Notes: generated by a model not told the origin, from the sequence alone. A stretch of DNA of 64,000 nucleotides from Salisapilia sapeloensis CBS 127946 (GCA_023334545.1 JAADVB010000001.1:62001-126000), one strand, 5' to 3'. Shown: positions 12,375 through 25,185, counted from the stretch's first letter. Made by a program: numbers and translations.

Positions 12375-15300
12375 ATGTCGTCAGGTAAGCTTCTTTAGCT
12401 CTCATGTACCTCGTGTTCATCGACTTGGATGCGAGTCAGCTTGGGCGAGAACATTTTTAGATTAGATTTTTCTTACCTTGTTGTCACTTATAGATGAAGA
12501 AATGTTTGGCGCAGATTCGCCGACGGTGTCGGATTCCGACTCGGGATCTGATGCCGTCAAACCTGGAGGAAACTTAAAGAAACGAAAGAATACCAAGACT
12601 TCTCAGAAAAAGAGCAAAAAGAGCAAAGTAGTCAACGACAGTGATGATGAAGGAGGCGAAAAGGTACATTTCTATCTGCTCTGGACGTGATCCTAGTCCC
12701 GATCACACCGGCCTGCCCACTATTATCTGAATGTGGAATATTAAAATCTGTGATGTAGCGCAAGAAACCTTCCTACATTGAAGACATGGCGTCTGAAAGT
12801 GATGACGAAGATGGCGGAGGTCGTCGGAATAACGCAGATGACGACGATGAGGACGATGACGATGATAACAATGACTACGAGAACGACGGTTTCGTCGTCG
12901 ATGAAGAGGATGAGAGTGACGATGAGGACGATGGCACTCGTCATAAGCGTCGTCGTAAGAAGAAGAAGGACAGGAAGTTACGTCGTTTGAAACAAAAGGA
13001 AGACGAGATTGATAAAGACGATCTGATGCTTGTGCGAGAGAATCTGGGATACTCTGGTCCGACGCAAGGCGACAGTGAGGAAGAAAGCGACGATGAAGAT
13101 CATCGCGTGCCGAGTAAAAAAGGAAAGAAAGGAAAGGATGCGCAGCTTATGTCACGTGACTTGAGCTACAGAATGTTTGGCGACTCGGACGATGAAGAGG
13201 AGGATGAGGAGCCTGCGCGAAACAAGGCCAATAACTACCTCGGAAACGACGAGTACGAGAGTGACGACATTGACGAATTCATCGTGGATGACGATGAAGA
13301 AGGCGAAGGTCCACGCCGCCGTCGTCGCGCAGAGCCTCTTCCCTCCTCGATGCAAGGTCCATCCGTATACGAGATGGGTGAAGCCGAAGAGCTGTTCGGC
13401 GACATGGAAAGCTTCTTAGAGGCGACGCGTGGAGGGACGGAAGCTGCACCAGTGCAACCTAAGTCGACAAAGAAGAACACGTTGTTGCAACAGTTCGAAC
13501 CGAGTGTCTTGAAAGAGCACATGATGACATCGGAAGTCGTACAAGTGCGTGAAAAGGATATGCCGGAACGGTATCAGCACATTTTTGGCGATCGAAAGTT
13601 CCCGGACGCTGAGCTACGTGCAGAAGAATCGGAGTGGATTGGTCACTATGTGCTCAAAAGTATGGAGCAGAAAAACCAGCGTGCGGCAGCTGCGTCTCGT
13701 GGCGAAATCATTTCAGCCATTGACAGCGTCCTCGGGTTTTATCACGATGACAAGCTAGAGCCTCCATTTGTTCAAAGGTACTGCAAAGAGTATTGGAAGA
13801 CAGCAGGACTCCACACGGAGCACTTGTACCAGATCCAGGACTTGGACATCAAGTGGGATAAACTCTACCGCAAGCGTCGAGCTCTCACCAACGGCTTCCA
13901 GCGTGCAGTGGATGCTGCAGCTGGAAAGGAGTCTGCATTCGTTCGCAAATGCTACGAAGAGCTTATCCAAGAACCGAGTGAACGGACGTATCAGGACATG
14001 TCCGAGTTCTTTGCACTCGATGCACAAGACAAGGGTGCGCAGAAGGGAGGTCGACACCGTCCCATTCGTCGTAACTTTTACCAGATCTGTACGAAAGAAG
14101 GTCTACGCCCGCTCGTGCCTCTTTTCTCCATGAACGCTTCTGTCCTGGGCGGCCTCGTCGCTAACGTCGAGTGCAAAGAGGAACCGTTGGACACACTACG
14201 TCACGTTCCGACGCCAGAAGTGAGTCCGAGTGAATTCGCACAGAGCCACACGTCTGCTTCGTTCCCGACCGCAGATGACGTGATGAAAGGTGCGCGACAC
14301 GTTGCTGCATCGAAAGTCGCCGCCGAGCCGAACGTACGCAAATACGTTCGCGATCTCTATCGCCAAAACGCTTGTTTGTACACGGAAGCCACAACAAAAG
14401 GTAAGGAAGAGATTGACGAGTTCCACTACTGTCATGGCTTCCAGTACTTGGAAGGCATGCCGGTTCTAGAAATCTTTGAGAGAGGAGACATGTGGCTCCG
14501 TATCATTCGTGCTGAAAAGGAAGGTCTCTTGTCGTTGAGCATTGTCAACGACAAGGCGCAGGATCTACTCGATCCGCTTGAACCCATTTACTTGGTGTCC
14601 GATGCTGACGCAGATGAAGAGTGGCAGACGCAGCGTCACTTGATCTTGCAGGAAGCAGTGCAGACGTTCATGGTCCCGAGCTTTGAGGCAGAGCTCCATC
14701 GGGAACTGCAGGTCGAAGCGAGAGAGTTCCTCGTGAACAAGTGCACGGATGCCATGCGTGAGAGACTGTGCGTTCGTCCTTATGAACCTGTGGATGGCGT
14801 CGACCCGTACGTTGTGTCGATCTGGGTCGAATCTGGTCCGAACGCCATGGTCCACGCCGTGGCACTCGATGCGAACGGAGAGATGATTGACAAGACGCAA
14901 GGTCTTCTAAAGCGTGAGGATAAGCACGTACGAGCGTTGACGAGTAAGCTGTACAATTTTCTGAGTGAGCACTGGCGTACGCATGTGGTTGTGATCAACG
15001 TCTCGGGCGGCATGAAGTCTATGGACATGGGTGAGCTCGTGGATGTGCTGCGTCGAGAACTCGGACGAGACAACAGCTCTCGATACGGCGCTGAGGACGG
15101 ATCAGACTACCTCGACCTCGTATACGTGAAAGACGATGTGCCGAGCATGTACAGTCGCTCGAAGCGTGCTGAGCGGGAGCTCCCGGAGGAAGCGGAGTCT
15201 GTACGCGCTGCTGTTGGCCTAGGGCGCTACCTGCGCAATCCAACGTCTGAACTGTGTGCTTTATGGGGCAACGTGTCCCTTGATGACCCGATGCGTGGTC

Positions 15301-17273
15301 GGGAACTGCTGTACTTGAACGTACACCCGATGCAGCACTCGCTCGTGCGAGATATGCTGCTAAAGTCGTACGAGCGACTGTTCGTTCAGGTCGTGAACAA
15401 GTTTGGTGTCGACATTAACATGCTTGCGAACCACGAGCATACGTCGTACCAGATGCAGTTTGTGAGTGGATTGGGACCTGTTAAGGCAGCTCATGTACTT
15501 GCCAAGGTCCGTGCGAAGGGTTTTATCGAGCGTCGACAGGATCTCCTGTCGGACGGTATGGTCGGCGACACTGTGTACCGGAACTGTGCTGGCTTTGTCC
15601 GCATCCGAGAACGGGATATGCTCAAGGACTCGCCGTTGAATCCTCTGGATGACACGCGCATCCATCCAGAGAGCTACTATATGGCTGTTAAAATGTGTGG
15701 TGACGCGAACAACAACTCGACCATTGACATGTACGATCCGTACCACTATTCGTATGCTGTGGAAGACACGATGTTCCAATCTGCTTCGGCCATTCGCAAC
15801 TTGAATGCGTCGTCCAATACGCGCTTAGGCGATGCGGAAATCCAGGACCCACTGTCCGAACTAGACCTCCCTGCATACGCGCAACGTCTCGAGTTGCAGC
15901 AGAAAGGACCAAAGCTGCAGACACTCGAGTACATTAAGCGCGAGCTCCGGTACCCGTACTTTGACAAGCGCGAGAAGTATAAGGCTCCGGAAGGAGAAGA
16001 GCTTTTCCTGCTTATCAATGGCGAAACGAAGGAGACGATCCAAGTGGGTATGATCATCCCCGTGACACTCATGCGCATCGTTGGAGACTTTGTCTCGGTT
16101 CGTCTTGAGAATGGCATGCGTGCTAGTTTGCATCGTCGACACCTACCGGACAACCTGTGGGACATCAAGCCATTCGATTTCCCAGCGAACCAGACTGCTC
16201 ATGCGAAGATCATGAGCATTAAGACGAATCCACAAGGAAGGCACGAGCTAGAGATTGCGTGCGATAGGAAGTCGTTGGTGAATGTGTCAGACCTTTACGC
16301 TTCCAACCCGTTGCCACGCTACGCTAACAGTTCTCGCGTCGCTGACGATAGTATGGAACGCCTAGATAAGCTCGTGAATGAGCTGCAGCTTGATGACAAG
16401 TCAGGTCCGAATGGCCAAGCTCCGAACGCTACGCCACAGCCGGACCAGCCACTGGTGCAGTCGTCCAAGAAGCGCAAGAAGCGTCAGATCGCTCATCCTC
16501 TCTTTCAGAATGTTAATTGCAAGGTTGCAATCGAACACTTGCGAGAGCAGCCAGTGGGAGACGTTGTCATTCGTCCCAGTTCCCTCGGTACAGACCACTT
16601 GACGTTGACGTGGAAGATGCTGGAGCGAGTGTATCGCCACTACGATATCCAGGAGAAGAACAAACCGTCGGATGCGCGACTCGGTCAGCAGCTCGTGATC
16701 AAGGATGAGCAGTACGAGAGCATCGACGAGCTCATTGCGCGTTTCATTGACCCCATGAATGAACTCGTGGATGAAGTCGTGCACCACAAGTACTTTAAGA
16801 ATGCGACTGTGGAGGACATTAGTGAAGACTTGACTAGACAGAAGAAGGAGGACCCGAAACGCATTCCGTACAACATCCATCTGTACTCCAAGTTCCCTGG
16901 ATGCTTCTCCATTACCTTTGTGGCACGCAGTACACCGAGAAGCTGCCACATGGAAGTCAAGCCTGGCGGATTCCGCTTCTTTGGTCGTATTGAGTCCTCT
17001 ATCCTCCCGACGCTGTCGCAGGCGCTGAGATACTTTAAGACGAAGGCGATCAAGGAACCGCCGTCGAGCAAACCCCCGAGCTCTTCTAGTCGTCATGGAA
17101 GCGGATCGGCTCCGTTTAGCGAGCGCTCTTCCACGCGCTTCAGCGCTCCACGTGACGGTCACTCTCGAAGTGGTCGCTCTGGACCTCCGCCAAGTAATGG
17201 TGGGTCTCGTGGCTATGGCGACCACGGCCGATACCGTGATCACCCGATCCCGAGCAGTGGTAGCTACCGTTAA
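12375..17273 (+). CDS. SPT6: Transcription elongation factor SPT6 (~1564 aa); exons 12375-12384, 12494-12663, 12759-17273
   Basis: Acidic N-terminus (DDIDEFIVDDD), core HPMQH/GLGPVKA/FRNCAGF-like/LDDTRIHPESY motifs, S1 region, C-terminal tandem SH2-like region (IRPSSLGTDHLTLTWK). Spliced start MSS-D-EEMFG gives consistent phases. Confidence 0.95.
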
Positions 17274-17500
17274 TCCTTTCACCTTCTTTCATAGGCTCTC
17301 TCTTCGTCTTTTACATGTAAAAGTGGCAAATTGGCGATGCATAACATACAAAACAAGGAAAGCTTCAACAGTTTACCAAGTAGTTTACTTGTACATGTAC
17401 TTATTATCTACATCTTGAAGATGGACCAAGTATCAGCTAATACGCATTTAACATGCTAAAGCGCATTTAGTGGATAGACAAACACACAAAACTTTTGGTG

Positions 17501-19972
17501 ATGGATGAGCGTGGAGAACAAGTGCCACGCGCTGGGCTTAGCAATGCTGATTTTGCAAACCTTTTTCGACAAGGAAAGACGCAGGTGAGTGTTGATGAAA
17601 TTGATGAAGACTTTGGTGGCTCCAAGCTTGGATTGGGTGCCACTAAGGCTGAAAACGACCAGCAAGCTATGGACTCGGACAATCCAAGTGCCAATGGCTT
17701 GCAGTATGGCAGCAATAATGCTAGAGGAGGAATAGGGAGCACGACTGGTATGACTGGACAGTCGATTCCGTCATTTGTACAGTCTGCGGATGGCAATAAG
17801 CAACAGAATGCTAAGAGCGAGCAGGCAAATAATGGACCAGCGCTATCTTCCACTCAGATGAAGAATCTAGGTCAATGGGAGAAACACTCAAAAGGTTTTG
17901 GAAAGAAGATGCTAGCGAAAATGGGATTTACAGGACGACTGGGTAAAGACGAAAAAGGTGTTTCTTCCACTATTAAAGTCGTCCAACGACCCGCGCAAAT
18001 GGGTCTCGGATACGGCGATTTTCAAGAAGCAAGCACTCGCCGAGAGAATCAAAAGCTTCAGAAAGAGCTGAAAGGTGAAGATGTAAGCCACATGGATGTT
18101 GAAGAGGATGATAACTTTTCGTCCAAGCGTCACTCTTCCGGTGGATACCATGAGAATGGTTCTCTCTGGCGTAAGAGAAAAGTATCATCACCCAGACGCT
18201 TTAAGCGAGCGAAAGAGATACAGGAACAGGCTCGTAGTATGAATAAACAGGAAAAGATTGTGGACATGCGAGGTCCTAGTGCGCGTGTATTGACAGACAT
18301 ATCAGATGCGTATGAAGTCGATGCAGAACGTCTGGATAAAGCTAGACCCAAGCTCGGAGATGAACTTATTTATAACGTTCACATGGTCGTGAACACCGCG
18401 CAAGGTAAAATATGGGACCTTACACAAAAGGTTGATAAGAACGAGGAGGATGTCTCGAGCATGCGGCAAGAAGCCAAGTTACTCGAATCGCAGATCGAAA
18501 TGGAATCGGTGCGGAAGGCGTCCATTCAAGACATCATGGATCGTCTAGCACCACTCGAAGTTATGCAGGAGGATGAGTCGATGGAATCAGGTCAAAGTGT
18601 CGAGCCGGTGCTCTCTGTGTTGCAAGATGTCCGAACGAAATTCCCGCAACAATTCGATGCGTACAAACTGTATCAGCTAGTCCCATCTCTTTGCATCCCA
18701 GTATTGAGATCACAGACCAATGCTGTTGATCTTCTAGAGGAGACTGGCTGCGACAAAGTCGTGGAACAGTATCGTCTCGTACGAGTATTTTTGCTGTATC
18801 AATCAGAGAGCGACAAGGACTCGAATGAACAATTTACAGAAAGCAGCGTCTTCCAGCATCATATTCACGAAAAAGAGAGCGCCGTCGGAGCAGATATATA
18901 CAACCACATCCTGGAAGAAGCTTTATGGACACCAGCGTCGCATTGCATAAGTGTCCGTTGGGACATTCGAAGTAACCCAAAGTCTGCTGTTATGCTGTTT
19001 GCAAAGTTCCAACCGTACTTGTCGAACGCATTCGCCAATGCTTTCATTCGAAGGTTGATTTTACCTAAACTGAAGAAAGCATGCAGTAGTTGGAGTCCTC
19101 AAACAGACACATCGCTCATCCATGAGTGGCTAGCACCATGGAGACCATATCTGACACAGGATGAATTGGACGCTCTCGAGCCTGACATTCGCATGGTCAT
19201 CGCGAGTGCCCTCCACGAATGGCATCCATCTGACTATTCCATCTTTCCAGTTCTACCTCCATGGAGAGACTTGTGGTCGGAGCAGACGTATGCCGAGTTC
19301 ACACATCGATACGTCGTTCCAAAGCTCATCCGGTGCCTCCAACGTGAGTTTGTCATTGACCCGACGAACCAAGTGTTGGATGCGCTCGAGTGGACACTTG
19401 CATGGCGAAAACATCTTCCTGAAAAGCAGTTTCTATCTGTGCTAGAAGGTGAGTTCTTCCCGTTGTGGCTAAAGAAACTACGCGATTGGATCTGTTCTTC
19501 TTACGAGCTCGGGGAATTGGCGCTATGGTATCGAGGGTGGAAACAGCTTTTTGAAGAACATGAACTAGCGAAACAACCAAGAGTCTTGATCCAACTTCAG
19601 AATGCACTGAGGCTACTGGAAGCTGCGCATGACCTTACTACCATGCCAAATGCCAACCCACGAGAGGTAGTGCCCCGATTGAATCCCAAGACTCCAACGA
19701 GCTACATTGAGGCGCTAACTGCTACTCGTACAGAAGCTCCGTCTAAGAATAAGACACCCAAGGAGGATGTCAAGATGCAGGAAGTGGAACTTCGAGACGT
19801 GGTTGAAAATCTTGCTGCTCAACATAACATCACGTTTGTACCGAAGGGAAGTCATGAAGGACAGCAAGTGTATGCTTTTGGTCGACACCGGATTTTGTTT
19901 GAGCAAGGTGTCGTCTTCCGTCAAGAAGGTAAAGACGAATTTAAACCCGTCGACCTGGACCAGCTCGTATAA
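17501..19972 (+). CDS. TFIP11: Tuftelin-interacting protein 11 / NTR1 (G-patch + GCFC domain) spliceosome disassembly factor
   Basis: G-patch WEKHSKGFGKKMLAKMGFTGRLGKDEKG...GLGYG; GCFC-like IHEWLAPW/WHPSD/FFPLWL; C-terminal FVPKG...GQQVYAFG. First ATG at 17501. Confidence 0.92.
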   Translation: MDERGEQVPRAGLSNADFANLFRQGKTQVSVDEIDEDFGGSKLGLGATKAENDQQAMDSDNPSANGLQYGSNNARGGIGSTTGMTGQSIPSFVQSADGNKQQNAKSEQANNGPALSSTQMKNLGQWEKHSKGFGKKMLAKMGFTGRLGKDEKGVSSTIKVVQRPAQMGLGYGDFQEASTRRENQKLQKELKGEDVSHMDVEEDDNFSSKRHSSGGYHENGSLWRKRKVSSPRRFKRAKEIQEQARSMNKQEKIVDMRGPSARVLTDISDAYEVDAERLDKARPKLGDELIYNVHMVVNTAQGKIWDLTQKVDKNEEDVSSMRQEAKLLESQIEMESVRKASIQDIMDRLAPLEVMQEDESMESGQSVEPVLSVLQDVRTKFPQQFDAYKLYQLVPSLCIPVLRSQTNAVDLLEETGCDKVVEQYRLVRVFLLYQSESDKDSNEQFTESSVFQHHIHEKESAVGADIYNHILEEALWTPASHCISVRWDIRSNPKSAVMLFAKFQPYLSNAFANAFIRRLILPKLKKACSSWSPQTDTSLIHEWLAPWRPYLTQDELDALEPDIRMVIASALHEWHPSDYSIFPVLPPWRDLWSEQTYAEFTHRYVVPKLIRCLQREFVIDPTNQVLDALEWTLAWRKHLPEKQFLSVLEGEFFPLWLKKLRDWICSSYELGELALWYRGWKQLFEEHELAKQPRVLIQLQNALRLLEAAHDLTTMPNANPREVVPRLNPKTPTSYIEALTATRTEAPSKNKTPKEDVKMQEVELRDVVENLAAQHNITFVPKGSHEGQQVYAFGRHRILFEQGVVFRQEGKDEFKPVDLDQLV

Positions 19973-20091
19973 AAAGATGAACTAGAATTTTCATATCATC
20001 TCAATTTGTTTCCTTTCTTTTTCTTTTCTTTCGTACATACAAAAGACAGTAAATCAACACATAAGAAAACAACAAAAGTCAGAAGACGTAA

Positions 20092-21495
20092 ATGGCTTGG
20101 AGACAGCTCGCGTACGGGTCTCAGCAAGCTGCAGAGGCTGCACCGGCCATTATCCCGACAAAGGATCCATCCCAAGGATCAGATGTGCCGCAAGGTAGAC
20201 GATTCTCTTTTTCTCTCGTAGCAAAACGTACTCAATTGGATGTCTGCTAGTGGATGCGTCGATGAATGATGGACTGAAAATCTACAATATCCTTAAGTAT
20301 CTACGTAGCGTACCCAACCATGAACCTAAGACGGTGGATGACATCTACAAGAACACTGGGATCAACCTTCGCAGTGATGAAGCGTTCGTTCAGCGGCTGA
20401 AAAATAATCCAAAAATACGTCCGATCGGACAAAAGTATGCTTATCAGGCAAAGTACGACATTAAGAACCGCGATCAGCTTTTAAAAGCATTGAATCGTAT
20501 ACCGGAGGGTATACCGAGTGAAGACTTGGACGACTGTTATCACAATATTGAAGCAGATTTGAACGAATTGAGTCATTCGGGCGAAATCATATGCATCAAG
20601 TCCATGGAAAGCCAAGGTGGAGAAGTCTACTACGCTCGTGGCAAGCCTTTCCTCGTCAATTTATCTGGGAACGCTATCGTTGAGCCTGGATGTTACGTTG
20701 TACACACCGAGAAAGATGTTTCGGAGGAAGTTCGACGTGGAGATGCCGTCCGTCTAGGAGAGCATTGGTTCCGTGTCTCCTCCGCTGTTCGCGTACGTGC
20801 TTACAGTAATAGCATATAAAAAATAAACTTATATGGAGATAATAGAGCTCGAGTGGCAGTCGTCCAGGTCCGTTTTCCGGCGCTGCTTCTCGCAGTGTCT
20901 CCTCCGTGCGTGACCCGAACGTGTCGAAGAAGATTAGGTACGATACTCTTTTATCTTCCATCTTACAAGCACTTACGATCATATACACAGATATACGTTA
21001 AAGATGGACAAGGAGCGTCTCCCTCTCGACAAGCCATTCCCAGACCCGAAGCGTCGACCAAACTATACGAGCGAACGTTGGGACTGCCTTCCCAAACGTG
21101 GACCCAAGATGTCCATGACCAAGCATGGTACTTTTATCGCTTTTCACATTTGGTAGTACATACTTAGATACGTGTGTATAGGATGCACGAACGACATTCG
21201 ACAGTTATGGCAAGACACACTTCGTCACTGGCCGACGGACCGGAACGAGTTCGATCGTCGGATGGTCCAAGCTGGGCTCACAACGCAAGCCAAGGTGGAT
21301 GCGAATCGCCGTACGGTCAAGCGTCGTCTCAAGGCCGATCAGAAGAAGAAGAACGCTCGCCCTAGGAAAGCTCGTGACATTAAGATTTCGAACCAGCATC
21401 TCATCGGCACAGAGCTCGGAGAGTTACTGGCGAAAGGAGAAGCGAACGGTAGTGAGAACTTTACACTTGGTGCTGTCAAATTCGACAAGAAATAA
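20092..21495 (+). CDS. TFA2: General transcription factor TFIIE beta subunit (5 exons, 4 short introns)
   Basis: Winged-helix segments (ILKYLR...LKNNPKI; YQAKYDIKNRDQLLKAL...GIPSEDLDDCY), bridge helix DIRQLWQD, basic tail and SNQHL motif. Introns include 20195-20250. Confidence 0.85.
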
Positions 21496-21527
21496 AGAAT
21501 CATTTGTCTGCTTTATCTAGTTAAAAC

Positions 21528-22933
21528 CTATAGGAACACGCCTTTTCGTTTGAAGAAGAGGACACCGAAGATCATGAAGACGACGAAGATGGCGAGAGAT
21601 GCAATGATGACGCCAATGAACCACCCGTCGGCGTCTTCTAGACCTGACTTGAGATTCATACCAAAGGCACCAGTAACGAATGTCCCGATGGAGAGACTGA
21701 TGGCCACGAGAGAGAAGATGATGTCGACTCCGAGAAGGTAGTTTCGCATCGAGTCCAACTTCATCGTAACTAGACTTTCGGTCGTGTCGATACGATGCTG
21801 GAGCAATGCAGCCTTCGTTCTTGTCGAGACAATGTCCTGCAAATAATTTTCAATCAAAATCTCTGCGTCCTCGGAATCGAAACTCCAGAGATTGTACAAG
21901 AGCTTCGGATCGTCATTTAGCTTGGTCAGGTATAATAACCGCAGATCCTCTTCATTATCCAGCAGCGTCATCAACGCTCGCTTCACACCGTCGATGTGAG
22001 ACTCGAATTCACGCATCGTCGTCTTGAAAATACGCAACTGTTCGAGCTTCCGAGCCGAGACACGACCTTGAGCAAGTCGATCCAATGTCTCAGAAATGTA
22101 CGGAGACTTGCGCGTGTAGTCACTTTCAAAGTGAGACGATAAGGTTGCCAAGATAGCTTCCATTGCTCTACACGCATCAATGTAGGTTGGTAGGAGTAGT
22201 ATAAAGGAGTACTAGGAGCAGCTTACTTAAATTCGTAAAACTCGTCTTCCGTACGTTCGCTATCAGTAGCCTCACGGAATTGTTCTCGCAGTGTAGATAA
22301 CAAAGTATCAGCACCATCCGGTACGAGAACAATGCAGCAATCGCGCATGATAATCGCTCGTAGTGGGTCTATACACCCATCAATGAATCGTATACTCCGA
22401 TGATTGTTATCAATCTAACAAGTACCTGCACTGAATAAAATAGCTTGCTGTCGAATAATGACTGCAGGTTCGTTCGATAAGGAAAACGTCGAGTCGAGCT
22501 TTCGAATGTCTCGAGCATGCACACGCTACCCTGGCCATTAATGCTTGCTATAGTAGCTACATTTTATACAACATACCTGGATATCGAGGATTGTTTCACG
22601 ACTTGGGTCGATCGTCTGCATGCGACGATACGGCACGGCCTTTGACTTGCCTCCACCTGCAGCACCATCGGGATTCGGCGTCGGATGGGCCTTTATAATA
22701 TTCTTGGCAGCCTCCTGCGTCTCCTGAAGCAAGTCCTGCCTCGTCATCTCGGTCATAGTCGAGTTCCCTTCCGTATCGAAGCGCATGCACAGTAGCTTAT
22801 TGTCCTTCGTCACGGGGTCAAAATTACATCCAGCGTATTCCGACGCTTCCGTCAGTACAGGCGAGTCGTCCCGTACAAAGTTCATCGGGATGGACTGAAA
22901 GGGAGACGTGAGCTCCTCATCTTGGTCGGACAT
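21528..22933 (-). CDS. MRS2: MRS2/CorA-family magnesium transporter, copy 1 (introns 22576-22526, 22425-22369, 22226-22168)
   Basis: RVHARDIRKLD...EP..IIRQQAIL, YEFKAMEAIL, MKLDSMRNYLL, GAFGMNL (GMN signature), two C-terminal TM helices. Confidence 0.92.
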
Positions 22934-23085
22934 GCCGCCTCGAGTACGTTTCAACGAGTGATCAAGTCGACACTTGGCCGAATGGACCAGTGTAAATTTT
23001 GTGTGTATAAAATTTTCTATCTGTGTGTCTTCGACGTTACTTCAACCGGACGAAGGCAGTAGATGGACAAAAGGTTGATGTTTAT

Positions 23086-24482
23086 TTATAGGAAGACGCC
23101 TTTTCGTCGGAAAAACAGGTAGCCGAGAACGGAGATGACGATCATGAGGGCAACAGACCCGATGATGACTCCTCGGAACCACCCATCCGCATCTTCAACG
23201 CCAGAGGAAAGGTTCATGCCAAAAATGCCCGCGACAAAAGTGCCGACGGAAAGACTGATGGCGATGATGGAAAACAGGATATCGATCCCGAGAAGATAGT
23301 TTCGGACACTATCGAGCTTCATCATGACAAGGCTTTCTGTACTTTGGATACGATGTTGCATCAACGCAGCTTTCGTTCGAGTCGATACGATGTCTTGCAA
23401 GTAGTTTTCGATCAAAACCTCGGCTTCCTCCGAATCGAAACTCCACAAGTCGTTCAAGAGGTTCGGGTCTTTGTACAATTTCGTCAGATACAGCAATCGT
23501 AGATCCTCTTCATTGTCCAGAATGTCCATCAACGCTCGTCGGACGCCATCCACCTGACTCTCAAACTCACGCATGGTGTTCTTAAAGCCTCGGATGACTT
23601 CCAATTCCCCAGCTTCAAACACACCGGACGCGAGTCGATCCAACGTTGACGATACGACGGGAGAGATTTTGTTAAACTCCGTCTTGAAATATTGTCCGAG
23701 AGTTGCCAATACTGCTTCCAACGCTCGAAACTCGTACGAGACGTTGCCAAGTAGATCTTGGGACATGATGTCTCGAAAGTTTTCCTTCAAAAACAGTAGT
23801 AGACTATCCGCTCCATCCGGAACGAACATGTAGCACGAGTGCCGCATCACGATCGCACGAATCGGGTCTACTCACTTGTGTCAATCACCAACCTCTCGAC
23901 CGAGTACACTGGAGGCTAGTACCTGCATTAATCATTATCGCTTGGTTACGTAGCTCAATCGATGGCTCGTTCGAGACGGAGAACGCATTGTCCAACTTGC
24001 GAATGTCTCGAGCATGCACTCGCTGGACGTCGCAGATCGTCGCGTAAGATGATTGCTGTGTAGTACGGCTTCGTTGACTCGATTGCTGTGATTTTGGTGC
24101 ACTCGGAACTCCAGTTGTCGAGCCAGCAGGGTCTGCCGTAGCTGCCTCTTGGGTCATTCGTAGCAGCTCAAATCGTGACATTTCCTCCATCGATGCATTT
24201 CCTTCCTTGTCAAATCTAAGAACCTATTTGAAGCGTTGGCATGTGATCGATAGAGATGATCATCAATCTAGATAGACGTACGAGTGCGCTGCCATGTCGT
24301 AGAGACGGATCAAAGCGACAACCAAAGTCGTCGACGTTGGGCGACGACAGACGAATCTTGTCTTTAGTACCTTCAACAACTACAGCGTCCATGGGATGGT
24401 AGGTGGCCATTGGTGTGGACTGTGCATCGCTACGACCGCCCTGAGAGCTGCTACTGTCCTTGGTACTTCCGCGTCCCGACAT
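23086..24482 (-). CDS. MRS2: MRS2/CorA-family magnesium transporter, copy 2 (introns 24281-24224, 23922-23868)
   Basis: Tandem paralog: YEFRALEAVL, MKLDSVRNYLL, GIFGMNL; ends FRRKGVFL, similar to copy 1 (FKRKGVFL). Confidence 0.92.
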
Positions 24483-24628
24483 GGCTTAATGTACACTTTT
24501 GTGGGTTGATGTGGACCGAAGTGGAAGCTTGTGATTGGTCTAGATTGTACTTTCCTCAGAATTCAATATCAGTTCAAAACATCAGAGAGACAGAAATCGC
24601 CTAAATTTATCTCAACTCGAAGTATCGT

Positions 24629-25185
24629 ATGCATAATCGAATGGGCAGTCGCACGAACAACGCCAACGCACGGGATGCGCTCTTCAATGGATCCTCCTCC
24701 CGTATCCAGGTATGTATCTGAGCGTGACAAACTTTGAGGCTGAATGTACTAACGTGTGGTACAGCCACATGAAGCACGGGATAACGGGGAACAGGCCAAG
24801 AAGATGCTGGAAGAGCAAAATGATGAACAGATAAGTCATCTTTCGCTACAGATTGGGCAGCTAAAGCAGGTGTGTAGCTTATGTACTACCGAATGCGCTC
24901 CTTGCTGACTTTTGGAATACAGTTATCGACCAATATCCATTCGGAAGTTCTCGACCAGAACCGATACCTCGATTCCATGGTAATCTATCATGACACTCCA
25001 CCACGAAACACAGCTAACGTTCACTACAGGGCAAAGATTTTGACAGCACGGAGAGCCTACTTGGTGGGACGATGAAACGCCTGGGCATCATGATGGACCA
25101 AGGCGGCAGTCGGCACATGCTCTACCTCATCGCCTTTGTCGTCGTCGTCTTCTTCCTCCTCTACCTTAGCATGCGATCGTACTAG
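24629..25185 (+). CDS. BET1: BET1-like Qc-SNARE (4 exons)
   Basis: Spliced translation ...MLEEQNDEQISHLSLQIGQLKQ|LSTNIHSEVLDQNRYLDSM|GKDFDSTESLLGGTMKRLG...C-terminal TM (LYLIAFVVVVFFLLYL). Start could be 24641. Confidence 0.88.

Noticed and set aside
12811-12930. GAC/GAT-rich repeat tract (also CAG tracts in NF-YC)
   Set aside because: Coding low-complexity sequence (acidic SPT6 N-terminus, poly-Q), not a mobile element or CRISPR array.
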